Positions 1-8,403 of a stretch of DNA of 35,846 nt are shown here, piece after piece. Position 1 is the stretch's first letter. Every line of letters starts with the position of its first letter. The translations under genes and the position numbers were made by a program. Source of the stretch: a virus (Duplodnaviria > Heunggongvirae > Uroviricota > Caudoviricetes); the IMG/VR virus record IMGVR_UViG_2529293061_000007. One strand, given 5' to 3'. Below the pieces are notes generated by a model. It saw nothing but the letters and a program-made list of their open reading frames with translations, was not told the origin of the DNA and did no database searches.

Positions 1-1254
1 ATGCTGGAACAAATGGGCATTGCCGCGAAGCAAGCCTCGTATAAATTAGCGCAACTCTCCAGCCGCGAAAAAAATCGCGTGCTGGAAAAAATCGCCGATG
101 AACTGGAAGCACAAAGCGAAATCATCCTCAACGCTAACGCCCAGGATGTTGCTGACGCGCGTGCCAATGGCCTTGGCGAAGCGATGCTTGACCGTCTGGC
201 ACTGACGCCCGCACGGCTGAAAGGCATTGCCGATGATGTGCGCCAGGTGTGTAACCTCGCCGATCCGGTGGGGCAGGTAATCGATGGCAGCGTACTGGAC
301 AGCGGCCTGCGTCTTGAGCGTCGTCGCGTACCGCTGGGGGTTATTGGCGTGATTTATGAAGCGCGCCCGAACGTGACGGTTGATGTCGCTTCGCTGTGCC
401 TGAAAACCGGTAATGCGGTGATCCTGCGCGGTGGCAAAGAAACGTGTCGCACTAACGCTGCAACGGTGGCGGTGATTCAGGACGCCCTGAAATCCTGCGG
501 CTTACCGGCGGGTGCCGTGCAGGCGATTGATAATCCTGACCGTGCGCTGGTCAGTGAAATGCTGCGTATGGATAAATACATCGACATGCTGATCCCGCGT
601 GGTGGCGCTGGTTTGCATAAACTGTGCCGTGAACAGTCGACAATCCCGGTGATCACAGGTGGTATAGGCGTATGCCATATTTACGTTGATGAAAGTGTAG
701 AGATCGCTGAAGCATTAAAAGTGATCGTCAACGCGAAAACTCAGCGTCCGAGCACATGTAATACGGTTGAAACGTTGCTGGTGAATAAAAACATCGCCGA
801 TAGCTTCCTGCCCGCATTAAGCAAACAAATGGCGGAAAGCGGCGTGACATTACACGCAGATGCAGCTGCACTGGCGCAGTTGCAGGCAGGCCCTGCGAAG
901 GTGGTTGCTGTTAAAGCCGAAGAGTATGACGATGAGTTTCTGTCATTAGATTTGAACGTCAAAATCGTCAGCGATCTTGACGATGCCATCGCCCATATTC
1001 GTGAACACGGCACACAACACTCCGATGCGATCCTGACCCGCGATATGCGCAACGCCCAGCGTTTTGTTAACGAAGTGGATTCGTCCGCTGTTTACGTTAA
1101 CGCCTCTACGCGTTTTACCGACGGCGGCCAGTTTGGTCTGGGTGCGGAAGTGGCGGTAAGCACACAAAAACTCCACGCGCGTGGCCCAATGGGGCTGGAA
1201 GCACTGACCACTTACAAGTGGATCGGCATTGGTGATTACACCATTCGTGCGTAA
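1..1254 (+). CDS. proA: gamma-glutamyl phosphate reductase (glutamate-5-semialdehyde dehydrogenase)
   Basis: 417-aa ORF starting at base 1; translation recognisable end-to-end as enterobacterial ProA; stop TAA at 1252-1254. Confidence 0.95.
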   Translation: MLEQMGIAAKQASYKLAQLSSREKNRVLEKIADELEAQSEIILNANAQDVADARANGLGEAMLDRLALTPARLKGIADDVRQVCNLADPVGQVIDGSVLDSGLRLERRRVPLGVIGVIYEARPNVTVDVASLCLKTGNAVILRGGKETCRTNAATVAVIQDALKSCGLPAGAVQAIDNPDRALVSEMLRMDKYIDMLIPRGGAGLHKLCREQSTIPVITGGIGVCHIYVDESVEIAEALKVIVNAKTQRPSTCNTVETLLVNKNIADSFLPALSKQMAESGVTLHADAAALAQLQAGPAKVVAVKAEEYDDEFLSLDLNVKIVSDLDDAIAHIREHGTQHSDAILTRDMRNAQRFVNEVDSSAVYVNASTRFTDGGQFGLGAEVAVSTQKLHARGPMGLEALTTYKWIGIGDYTIRA

Positions 1255-1368
1255 ATAAAACCGGGTGATGCAAAAGTAGCCATTTGATTCACAAGGCCAT
1301 TGACGCATCGCCCGGTTAGTTTTAACCTTGTCCACCGTGATTCACGTTCGTGAACATGTCCTTTCAGG

Positions 1369-1444
1369 GCCGATATAGCTCAGTTGGTAGAGCAGCGCAT
1401 TCGTAATGCGAAGGTCGTAGGTTCGACTCCTATTATCGGCACCA
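1369..1444 (+). tRNA. thrW: tRNA-Thr (anticodon CGU)
   Basis: 76-nt sequence GCCGATATAGCTCAGTTGGTAGAGCAGCGCATTCGTAATGCG...TCGACTCC...GGCACCA; anticodon loop TTCGTAA; T-loop GGTTCGA; encoded CCA end. Confidence 0.9.
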
Positions 1445-1458
1445 TTTAAATCAATAAG
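1400..1458. other. probable prophage left attachment junction (attL) overlapping the tRNA 3' end
   Basis: Integrase stop lies 15 nt downstream of the tRNA; tRNA 3' ends are the usual att core for this integrase type. Exact core not determinable without attR. Confidence 0.35.
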
Positions 1459-2622
1459 TTACACATCATTAGTACCTTCCTTATTTTTTGACTGGGACAA
1501 ATTTGGGACCGATGGGTTCAGGATCGAGTCTATTTGCCGTGCGTGTTCGGTAAGGTGATTAGGTGCGAGGTGAGCATATCGACGAACCATTTCGATAGAC
1601 TCCCAGCCTCTCATTTCCTGTAACACTGACAACGGGACACCGGCTTGAACCAGCCAGCTTGCCCAGGTGTGTCTCAAGTCGTGAAATCTGAAATCATCAA
1701 TACCAGCCCGTCTCAGCGCCGCTTTCCAGGCTGTGTTTGCGTCATACCGCATCTTCCTTACTGTTGGCGCTTTCGTTCCGTCTGGTTTGGTACAGCTTTC
1801 CTTGTACACAAATACCCAACGGTGATGATTCCCGATTTGTTTTTTCAATACGCGACATGCAGTATCATTCAGCGCAACGCCAATTGCGCGGTTTGATTTA
1901 CTCTCTTCCGGGTTTATCCATGCCACCCGGCGCTGCATATCTATTTGTTGCCATTCAAGGTTGATGATGTTCGAGCGTCTTAAGCCTGTTGCCAGTGCAA
2001 ATTCAACAACAGACTTTAATGGCTCCGGACATTCATCAATCAGCCTTTGTGCTTCATGGGGCTCCAGCCAGCGGATCCGTTTATTCTTTGGTTGAGGCAC
2101 TTTAATAATTGGTGCCTTATCCAGCATTTTCCATTCACGCTCTGCGGCTCTTAGTAGGGCCTTTATAAATGAAAGATGCGTAGCCTTCGTTGCAACGGAC
2201 GCTGGTTTTGGCGTGTATTCTGGAACAGGTTTCCCTTTTTTTCTGCATGCTTCTGCCCTGAGTTTCCAGTTTTCCTCATGACGCCGGTTCGTCATTTTCT
2301 GCATTGCTGAATAAATTTTTGATTCAGTAATGTCTCTTAGTTGCATTCCTGCGAAATGTTGAAGCCAGAATCCGATCCGGCTTTTGTCATCGTCCAGTGA
2401 TTTTTTATGTGCTTTCTCTTCAAGCCACCTGACACACGCTTCCTCGAACGTTATATCAGGTATTTCACCAAGTTTGCTGCCCCGCCATGCTTCAGCCTTT
2501 AGCTTGTCATGGAGTTCTGTCGCCTGCCTTTTGTCCTTTGTTCCAAGAGACTGTTTAAATCTTTTACCGTTCGGCAATGTGAAACTGGCGTACCATATTT
2601 CACCTCTGCGGAAGAGTGACAT
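1459..2622 (-). CDS. int: tyrosine site-specific integrase (P22/SfV-like)
   Basis: 387-aa ORF; C-terminal catalytic signature HDLRHTWAS...[19 protein letters not shown] at 2620-2622 with AGGAAA RBS; adjacent to tRNA. Confidence 0.9.
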   Translation of the reverse strand: MSLFRRGEIWYASFTLPNGKRFKQSLGTKDKRQATELHDKLKAEAWRGSKLGEIPDITFEEACVRWLEEKAHKKSLDDDKSRIGFWLQHFAGMQLRDITESKIYSAMQKMTNRRHEENWKLRAEACRKKGKPVPEYTPKPASVATKATHLSFIKALLRAAEREWKMLDKAPIIKVPQPKNKRIRWLEPHEAQRLIDECPEPLKSVVEFALATGLRRSNIINLEWQQIDMQRRVAWINPEESKSNRAIGVALNDTACRVLKKQIGNHHRWVFVYKESCTKPDGTKAPTVRKMRYDANTAWKAALRRAGIDDFRFHDLRHTWASWLVQAGVPLSVLQEMRGWESIEMVRRYAHLAPNHLTEHARQIDSILNPSVPNLSQSKNKEGTNDV

Positions 2623-2849
2623 TTTCTTTCCTCTGTTATGCCATCACCCGCGCTCACCTGGACAGTATGCAGCGGAGACTGAAGAGCCGCAATGCAGGCT
2701 TGTCGTGTTGTGAGGTAAGGAGATTTATTCTTAGTGGGATCTTTGCGTGTTGCCTGAAGACGCCCTGTGCGTATCCAGTTAATGGCAGTCGGTCTGGATA
2801 TCTTGAGAAAATGACAGGCCTCATCGAGTGTGAGGCTGTATGGCTCCAT
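2499..2849 (-). CDS. xis: excisionase (Xis, P22-type)
   Basis: Internal start [36 protein letters not shown] (excisionase-type HTH) preceded by GAGGGG RBS; 3' end overlaps int out of frame. Confidence 0.6.
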   Translation of the reverse strand: MEPYSLTLDEACHFLKISRPTAINWIRTGRLQATRKDPTKNKSPYLTTRQACIAALQSPLHTVQVSAGDGITEERKCHSSAEVKYGTPVSHCRTVKDLNSLLEQRTKGRRQNSMTS

Positions 2850-3154
2850 TATTTCCCCTCTTGCTGTGACATTGTTGAAAAATGGATACCAGCTCGTTGC
2901 TGCCAGACGATCCAACCGAGAGTCATATCCCATGCCATGTATTCGTTATCGCCGTTTTTTGCTCTCCGACGATCTACTAAGTCACCGAAACGCTTTTCCA
3001 TGAATAATTCATAAGCTTCGCGTTCATCTGGTTCTACTTCCAGAGATAGGAGTGCGATTTCATAAGCACGGCGCTCAATATCGTCTCGCACGTCAAGGCT
3101 GCTGATACGCTCTTTAATTTCTTTAATTAGTTCTTTGTCGGTAAAAGTGGTCAT
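2849..3154 (-). CDS. hypothetical early-left protein (101 aa; resembles CPS-53 YfdT by size and position)
   Basis: ORF with GGAG RBS; translationally coupled to neighbours; acidic, helical-looking translation. Confidence 0.6.
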   Translation of the reverse strand: MTTFTDKELIKEIKERISSLDVRDDIERRAYEIALLSLEVEPDEREAYELFMEKRFGDLVDRRRAKNGDNEYMAWDMTLGWIVWQQRAGIHFSTMSQQEGK

Positions 3155-3516
3155 TATGCTCCAGCCTCCGGTGCTTTTGGCATTACTGCCCAGTGAGTGA
3201 TATTGACGTTTTCAAGGTCCCCGACCTGAAATGTCCACTGCCATTCTCCGGTTTCTTTTTGTCCCCAGGTGTACCAGAGAGAACGCCAGCCAATTAGCCA
3301 GCCTTCTCCGTTAGCATCGAATAACAAAACACTTTCATTTGCTGGTGGCAGTTCAGTTGACACTGGTATTACTTTGTTTTCCTGTGCTGCACATTTAGCT
3401 TCAAGCGCATCGAATTTACGCACCAGGTATTCAGTATCTGTTTCATTTACTTTCAGATCTCGCGGTACACATCTCCCACGAAGAAACCCTTCCATTTCGA
3501 AAACATTCATGCGCAT
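3154..3516 (-). CDS. hypothetical early-left protein (120 aa; resembles CPS-53 YfdS)
   Basis: ORF with GGAG RBS 8 nt upstream of ATG; overlaps upstream gene by 10 nt. Confidence 0.6.
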   Translation of the reverse strand: MRMNVFEMEGFLRGRCVPRDLKVNETDTEYLVRKFDALEAKCAAQENKVIPVSTELPPANESVLLFDANGEGWLIGWRSLWYTWGQKETGEWQWTFQVGDLENVNITHWAVMPKAPEAGA

Positions 3517-4043
3517 TTGCGTAACTCCGATAACTCGTTAAAGCGTTCCATAAACATCCCGTAGGCATGGCCCGGTGCCAGTGGAATCACGTTGAACATC
3601 TCTGTTGCCGGGATACCTTCCAGTACAGGCCAGAAAGAGCCATCATCAAGCCCGAGATCGCGGCGTTCGGTTGCCAGCATGATGAGATCGGCATATTTCA
3701 CGGGCGTACTCATAACTGGGGGTAACCCGTATTTCTCACGGATTACGGCGTCTATTTTTTCTTCCATTTGTTTATAGTCAGGAAGAAGGCGTTTCAGTGG
3801 TGCGGGAATGTCCTGGCAATACGCTTCTGTTGCATCATGCATTAACGCTTCAAAAGCAAATTCCTGCGGCACCAGCTGGCTGCAAAGAACCGCATGTTGG
3901 GCGACGCTGTAGAAGTGCGAAAGATGACCGGCAAAGCGACAGATATTTGAAAGGGAAACCGCGATATCGTTAATATCGATGTCGTCTTTATTTATCCTGT
4001 CATAATAAAAATGCTTCCCGGAAAAAGTTTTAATAAATGACAT
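3507..4043 (-). CDS. HD-domain phosphohydrolase (YfdR-like 5'-deoxynucleotidase family)
   Basis: His/Asp metal-binding motifs (...FAGHLSHFYSVAQHAV...LMHDATEAY...); likely start is ATG at 4041-4043 with GTGGAG RBS rather than the upstream GTG at 4070. Confidence 0.7.
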   Translation of the reverse strand: MSFIKTFSGKHFYYDRINKDDIDINDIAVSLSNICRFAGHLSHFYSVAQHAVLCSQLVPQEFAFEALMHDATEAYCQDIPAPLKRLLPDYKQMEEKIDAVIREKYGLPPVMSTPVKYADLIMLATERRDLGLDDGSFWPVLEGIPATEMFNVIPLAPGHAYGMFMERFNELSELRKCA

Positions 4044-4170
4044 TTTGTTCTCCACGTATATGCGCTGCACCGCGCTGAATTCTGGTAAAAAGAATCCCTC
4101 ACCATCCGGCGATTATTGAGTAAATTACGTTTCCATAAATGCCCCCGCAGGGGCATTTGCAGTAATGAAA

Positions 4171-4995
4171 TCAGGCGGTGAAAGTACCAATAAAGGTTTC
4201 TACTTTGCTGTCCTTGAATTTCTCAACAAGCAGATCACGAAATTCGTTAGCCATTTCTTCCTGCACCGCCTCCAGCTGAATAATGCGCAGAACCAGTACC
4301 GGACGATCGCCAGTGATAATGCTGAGGCGTAATTTAAACGGACGTTCTTTCAGACCTTCAAACGGAATGCATTTAAATTCAAATGCCACTGGCATAATGT
4401 CTTTGGTCTTCGCTTCGACAGACTCCATCAGGGAGCGTTTGCCGCTGAAGTCATTATCTTCAAAATCAGCGGTCTGGTTTGCTTCAATCGTGATTTTACG
4501 GACCGCCGCAGCCGCTTTTGTTGCCTGAATGGTGTCACCATTAGCATCAAAGCCCACAAGGTAGTCGGCCCAGTCTTCAATCCATTCTGCCAGTGATTTC
4601 TGGGAGTTACGCTCGCCATTAACAGACAACAGAGCAGAGAACGGTGCTGTCTTTTTCAGTTTGAGAGTGGCGGTGTTATCTGCGTGACCTGGTTCATCAA
4701 TAGTACCCAGGTTAAGCACACTGACGGCACGCATATTATCAGCATCGATAAAGCAGCGGGTGCCTTCATCTGCAAGATCTTTAGAATAACGGGTAAAGTC
4801 ATCGATGCTGGCAGTGGAAAGCGCACCACGGAAACGGAAGCGATTTAAATTAAATTTTTCCAGATCATGAATGCGGAAATTCTCAGGCAATGCCACAGCA
4901 TCGGCACCAATCTTACTGATAATTTCATTAACACCCTGAGCAGAAATAAGGGCATGGATTTGATTAATTGCGGTTGCGTCTAAGTTCTGAGACAT
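4171..4995 (-). CDS. DUF2303-family protein (YfdQ-like)
   Basis: 274-aa ORF; translation recalled as YfdQ-like; typical coding composition. Confidence 0.65.
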   Translation of the reverse strand: MSQNLDATAINQIHALISAQGVNEIISKIGADAVALPENFRIHDLEKFNLNRFRFRGALSTASIDDFTRYSKDLADEGTRCFIDADNMRAVSVLNLGTIDEPGHADNTATLKLKKTAPFSALLSVNGERNSQKSLAEWIEDWADYLVGFDANGDTIQATKAAAAVRKITIEANQTADFEDNDFSGKRSLMESVEAKTKDIMPVAFEFKCIPFEGLKERPFKLRLSIITGDRPVLVLRIIQLEAVQEEMANEFRDLLVEKFKDSKVETFIGTFTA

Positions 4996-5060
4996 AATAA
5001 GTCCTCACTATATAAAGATATTCAGTGATGAGATAAATAATCAGTTAATTAAGAACGATA

Positions 5061-5423
5061 TTAATGACCTGCTGCGCGGAGTTTTCCGTCAGGTTCACCG
5101 GCAAGAGTCAGTAATTGTCCCTGGTCTTCCTGCAGAATAGTCAGGCGACCACCGCGATTGACATACATCGGCGTTTCGGTGGTGTCTTCTTCGGAAATTT
5201 TCCCGCGGTTAGTCGGGCGAACATATGAGAGTTTGTGTTTGATTTTCACACGGTTCTCATCAAATGGTTCGATTTCCAGGTTGAGTGAGACCTTACCTTT
5301 GGTTTTCGTGTTCATCACACCGGAAGCGACTTCACTGAGAACTGCGCCGATTTTGGTTTCAAATACGCCGCCGTCCAGCTCCCCGATAAATGCCTGCACA
5401 TCAGTACTGCGTTCGCTAGCCAT
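5061..5423 (-). CDS. hypothetical protein (YfdP-like, 120 aa)
   Basis: Protein-like translation begins at internal ATG 5421-5423 (MASERSTDVQAFIGELDGG...) with GAGGAG RBS; the 5' extension of the 226-aa ORF translates to junk. Confidence 0.6.
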   Translation of the reverse strand: MASERSTDVQAFIGELDGGVFETKIGAVLSEVASGVMNTKTKGKVSLNLEIEPFDENRVKIKHKLSYVRPTNRGKISEEDTTETPMYVNRGGRLTILQEDQGQLLTLAGEPDGKLRAAGH

Positions 5424-5471
5424 TTTGCTGCTCCTCATCATATCGACCCTGCAAGGCCGATTAGTTTCTCC

Positions 5472-5560
5472 ACAAAACAGAGAAGAACACCTGCGGTGGC
5501 AGCCGCCAGGATGGATTGGGTTATGAGCCCGTCGTCCGGTGATGCTCTTCTCTGTTTTGT
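5472..5560. repeat. perfect 15-bp inverted repeat (ACAAAACAGAGAAGA / TCTTCTCTGTTTTGT) flanking a 59-bp GC-rich spacer
   Basis: Read directly: 5472-5486 is the reverse complement of 5546-5560; lies in an ORF-free GC-rich segment. Confidence 0.7.
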
Positions 5561-5860
5561 AAAAAGGACGGTCCCAGCCGTAAGCAAGGGTACAAACTGG
5601 TACCGCCAGGACTACACACAGCATAAAGTTGTGGTGCCGGGTGCCTCCCGGTGCCTGGCGAAGGTTGCACACCAGACGGGTGGGTATCCACAGAAGGTCG
5701 ACTGTCAGCCTCAACCTTAACCCGCGTGCGCTGAGCCGCATTCACCACAACGCTAAGGATTCTCTTTGGTTGAAAATACTTAGCTGTTATGTGCCTGTCT
5801 TTTCACCACTTCAGGCTCGGTGGTATCCTTTTAAGCCCGTATACATAAAAGGAAAATCAA

Positions 5861-6106
5861 ATGACTTTTGATGAAAAAGAACTTGATAATGCAATTAATA
5901 AAATCATCGTAACGTCGCTCTTTTCCTGTCTCAGCGACACTCAGCAGAAACAGTTCTACGAATCGGCTTTCAACATGATCGAGCGTTGTTGTTTCTGCGA
6001 TGCCGACGAGTTACCTGAAAAAATCAGGAAACAGTTGGCTGATGCTCTTCGAGTGCGACTTTCTGACCAATTTTCTGAAATGTGCTCTCCGAATTTGGAC
6101 AAATAG
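5861..6106 (+). CDS. hypothetical small protein (81 aa), transcribed opposite to the early-left operon
   Basis: ATG with AAGGA RBS; AT-rich; helical-looking translation; stop TAG followed by a hairpin. Confidence 0.5.
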   Translation: MTFDEKELDNAINKIIVTSLFSCLSDTQQKQFYESAFNMIERCCFCDADELPEKIRKQLADALRVRLSDQFSEMCSPNLDK

Positions 6107-6299
6107 AAAAAGGCCATTTCCATTCAGGGTCTGATGGAAATACTTCAGCCTGTTCCAAAGCACGGCGTAAAGAGAACACAACTCCAGCCATAATCTGATG
6201 TTTCCCATTGGTCCAGCTATCGCCGCTCTGATCTACAGGGGCGGCTATGTCGTATGACCAAACGACTTCACAGTTATTGTTTAAAATCTGGACTTTCAT
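6024..6299 (-). CDS. hypothetical protein (first ORF downstream of PL; start probably ATG at 6297-6299)
   Basis: AGGTG RBS before internal ATG; but the ORF reads through a terminator-like hairpin and overlaps the convergent + ORF, so it is uncertain. Confidence 0.3.
   Translation of the reverse strand: MKVQILNNNCEVVWSYDIAAPVDQSGDSWTNGKHQIMAGVVFSLRRALEQAEVFPSDPEWKWPFSICPNSESTFQKIGQKVALEEHQPTVS
6101..6141 (-). terminator. candidate intrinsic terminator (tL1-like) on the minus strand
   Basis: 8-bp stem ATTTCCAT/ATGGAAAT (6116-6123 / 6134-6141), 10-nt loop, then CCTTTTTCTATTT on the minus strand; stem is AT-rich, so weak. Confidence 0.35.
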
Positions 6300-6404
6300 T
6301 TCATACACCTGCTTTAACATGAGTGCCTAGTGGCACAACATGACTCAACGAATCATCCTGGACTTCATATGCCCCAGGCGGCTACTTCGTGGGCGTCCTG
6401 CCTG

Positions 6405-6455
6405 TTCGTTGTTTCGCTTGGGTACATTATGTATCTCAAAGGTACATTGTCAAGT
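6405..6455 (-). promoter_or_regulatory. candidate PL promoter with OL operators
   Basis: Minus-strand TTGACA (6448-6453), 16-nt spacer, CATAAT (6426-6431); two GGTACAT motifs overlap, matching the half-sites seen in the cI-cro intergenic region. Confidence 0.5.
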
Positions 6456-6480
6456 ATAAAAAAACCTGCCGAAGCAGGTT
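6456..6480 (-). terminator. intrinsic terminator downstream of cI
   Basis: Hairpin AACCTGC-CGAA-GCAGGTT (6463-6480) followed on the minus strand by a U-tract (6456-6462); 13 nt past the cI stop. Confidence 0.55.
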
Positions 6481-6492
6481 CATAAACATTGA

Positions 6493-7167
6493 TTAGGCTT
6501 TGATTTTGTATCTTCTTGGTTTTCCTGAGAAAATCACTGTACCAATTATAGAGCAATTACCGTTGATCTTAATGTAAGGCTCAGGCCAATTTGGGTTTAA
6601 CGCTTTGAGATAACGCTGTGTCCCATCTTCTATCAACCTTTTGAAGGTGGTTTCACCTGTATCGTGCATCAATGCAATAACGTCGTCACCGTGGCAGGCA
6701 GGTACTTCAGGATCGACAAAAATCATGTCTCCCGGGCGGTACTCATCAATCATTGAATCACCTATCACCCGCAAGATATAAGTCATTTCCCCACAGGGTA
6801 CAGGGCAGGGATACGTTTCTGCTGTGCTCAAATCAACCTCAGAATATCCAACTTCTTTCCATGCTCCGGCCTGTACCCATGATATGACAGGGACTAATGT
6901 GATTTGTTTATTAGTGATTGAAACATCAGGTTTTTTTGTGATGTTCGTTGTCTGGTGTTCTTGATCGAGCCATCCGACAGGCAGGTCGAAACATTTTTCG
7001 ATGTGTCGTGCCATGCTGTCACCGATATTTTTAGTAGCACCATCTCCCATAAACCTGCTGGTCTGGGTTGGCTCGCGATCAATCATAGTGGCAAAGGAAG
7101 AATTCCCGCCAACACCATCTCTCAGTTTTCTGGCGTTAGACCGCCGGATGTCATGGATTGTTTTCAT
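6493..7167 (-). CDS. cI: CI-type phage repressor (N-terminal DNA-binding domain + S24 LexA-like autopeptidase domain)
   Basis: C-terminal GDSM (catalytic Ser) and FKRL (Lys) S24 motifs; divergent from a cro-like gene; essentially leaderless start. Confidence 0.85.
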   Translation of the reverse strand: MKTIHDIRRSNARKLRDGVGGNSSFATMIDREPTQTSRFMGDGATKNIGDSMARHIEKCFDLPVGWLDQEHQTTNITKKPDVSITNKQITLVPVISWVQAGAWKEVGYSEVDLSTAETYPCPVPCGEMTYILRVIGDSMIDEYRPGDMIFVDPEVPACHGDDVIALMHDTGETTFKRLIEDGTQRYLKALNPNWPEPYIKINGNCSIIGTVIFSGKPRRYKIKA

Positions 7168-7257
7168 AACGAAATTAAAACCCTTGTACCGTTAAGGTAC
7201 AAGTATCTTGAAGGTTCATTTCAATCATGTAATATGTACACCGGAGGTACATATTGT
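7168..7257. promoter_or_regulatory. OR/PR/PRM region between cI and cro
   Basis: Palindrome CTTGTACC-GTTAA-GGTACAAG (7183-7203) and AATATGTAC-ACCGGAG-GTACATATT (7231-7255); PR candidate TTGAAG (7208-7213) / TAATAT (7230-7235). Confidence 0.55.
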
Positions 7258-7458
7258 ATGAAAGCGTATTGGGACTCTTTAACCAAAGAACAGCAGGGCG
7301 AGTTGGCCGGAAAAGTTGGCTCAACACCTGGCTACTTACGGCTGGGTTTCAATGGCTATAAAAAAGCCAGTTTTGTGCTGGCTAAAAAACTTGAGCAATG
7401 CACGTCAGGTGCAATTACGAAATCTGACTTAAGACCGGATATCTATCCGAAAGATTAG
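7258..7458 (+). CDS. cro: Cro-like HTH regulator (66 aa)
   Basis: Internal ATG at 7258 with GGAGG RBS; HTH-like segment ...ELAGKVGSTPGYLRL...; divergent from cI. Confidence 0.7.
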   Translation: MKAYWDSLTKEQQGELAGKVGSTPGYLRLGFNGYKKASFVLAKKLEQCTSGAITKSDLRPDIYPKD

Positions 7459-7489
7459 CAGAACACTTTCAATTTTTAACCACAGAACG

Positions 7490-8059
7490 ATGAGGCTAAT
7501 CGTGGGTAAGCATCACTGGAAAATAGAAAAACAGCCTGAGTGGTACGTGAAAGCTGTCAGAAAAACTATCGCGGCGTTGCCGGGTGGTTACGCTGAAGCG
7601 GCTGACTGGCTCGATGTAACAGAAAACGCTTTATTCAACCGCCTTCGTGCAGATGGCGATCAGATTTTCCCGCTGGGATGGGCAATGGTTTTACAGCGTG
7701 CTGGTGGCACTCACTTCATTGCTGATGCTGTGGCGCAGTCTGCAAATGGCGTCTTTGTGTCTCTTCCTGACGTCGAGGATGTGGACAACGCCGATATTAA
7801 CCAGCGTCTGCTGGAAGTCATTGAACAGATCGGCAGTTATTCAAAACAGATTCGTTCAGCAATCGAAGACGGTGTAGTGGAACCGCATGAGAAGACAGCA
7901 ATTAACGACGAGCTGTATCTCTCAATTTCGAAGCTGCAGGAGCATGCAGCACTTGTCTACAAAATTTTTTGCATTTCAGAAAGTAATGACGCCCGCGAGT
8001 GTGCAGCTCCGGGCGTCGTGGCGTCGATTGCTTCTGGTTGTGGAGAAACTAACGCATGA
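7490..8059 (+). CDS. hypothetical protein at the cII position (189 aa)
   Basis: First gene after cro; protein-like translation; family not assigned with confidence. Confidence 0.5.
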   Translation: MRLIVGKHHWKIEKQPEWYVKAVRKTIAALPGGYAEAADWLDVTENALFNRLRADGDQIFPLGWAMVLQRAGGTHFIADAVAQSANGVFVSLPDVEDVDNADINQRLLEVIEQIGSYSKQIRSAIEDGVVEPHEKTAINDELYLSISKLQEHAALVYKIFCISESNDARECAAPGVVASIASGCGETNA

Positions 8060-8394
8060 ACAGTTTAACAACACACTACCGTCGCTCGCAACTGATTGCG
8101 CTTCCTGTACCGGGTGGAAAAGCGAAGGTGGAATATTGCTATGCAGTGAATGTACCAGGTGACAGGGAAATTGTAACCCACAGCTTTGCAGAGTGGGCTG
8201 TGGGTGATTTCAACCGGCAGAAGGAGACAGTCCTTTGCGACAAGTTAACCGCTGGTTCAAAGATCACTACGGAGTGCCCGTCAGAGTCATTCGTTGGGAG
8301 CCGGAAACACAACGTGTTATCTACCTCCGCGAAGGCTATGAGCATGAGTGCTTCAGCCCGCTCGAACAGTTTCGTCGTAAATTCAGGGAAATAG
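8056..8394 (+). CDS. hypothetical protein with apparent frameshift (frame continues more plausibly in the next frame to 8414)
   Basis: ATGA-coupled start; N-terminal ~55 aa protein-like, C-terminal part low-complexity; the adjacent frame gives ...[39 protein letters not shown]...GHEH ending ATGA-coupled to the O-like gene; T-run at 8234-8236. Confidence 0.4.
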   Translation: MNSLTTHYRRSQLIALPVPGGKAKVEYCYAVNVPGDREIVTHSFAEWAVGDFNRQKETVLCDKLTAGSKITTECPSESFVGSRKHNVLSTSAKAMSMSASARSNSFVVNSGK

Positions 8395-8403
8395 AGGTCG
8401 GTC

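Noticed and set aside
1645-1964. Plus-strand ORFs antisense to the integrase gene
   Set aside because: Shadow ORFs inside a well-supported gene; Cys/Pro-rich junk translations.
4137-4158. GC-rich hairpin (AAATGCCC...GGGCATTT) between the yfdQ-like and yfdR-like genes
   Set aside because: No U-tract on the transcribed (minus) strand; probably an intercistronic stability or processing structure rather than a terminator. Too little evidence to annotate.
5424-5860. Retron ncRNA or CRISPR-like interpretation of the structured segment
   Set aside because: No reverse transcriptase gene or YADD-type ORF nearby, no repeat-spacer periodicity, and the inverted repeat arms are only 59 bp apart, shorter than a typical msr-msd unit.
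5061-5871. Long 226-aa minus-strand ORF (5061-5741) and overlapping ORFs 5496-5720(+), 5521-5748(-), 5629-5871(+) across the GC-rich segment
   Set aside because: Translations are junk-like (Arg/Pro/Gly-rich, no domain-like pattern) and lack RBS-supported starts; the only protein-like part begins at the internal ATG 5423. Open frames are expected by chance in GC-rich DNA.
6365-6556. 63-aa minus-strand ORF overlapping the PL promoter, the cI terminator and the cI 3' end
   Set aside because: It spans regulatory elements and overlaps cI in another frame; no RBS; most likely a chance ORF.
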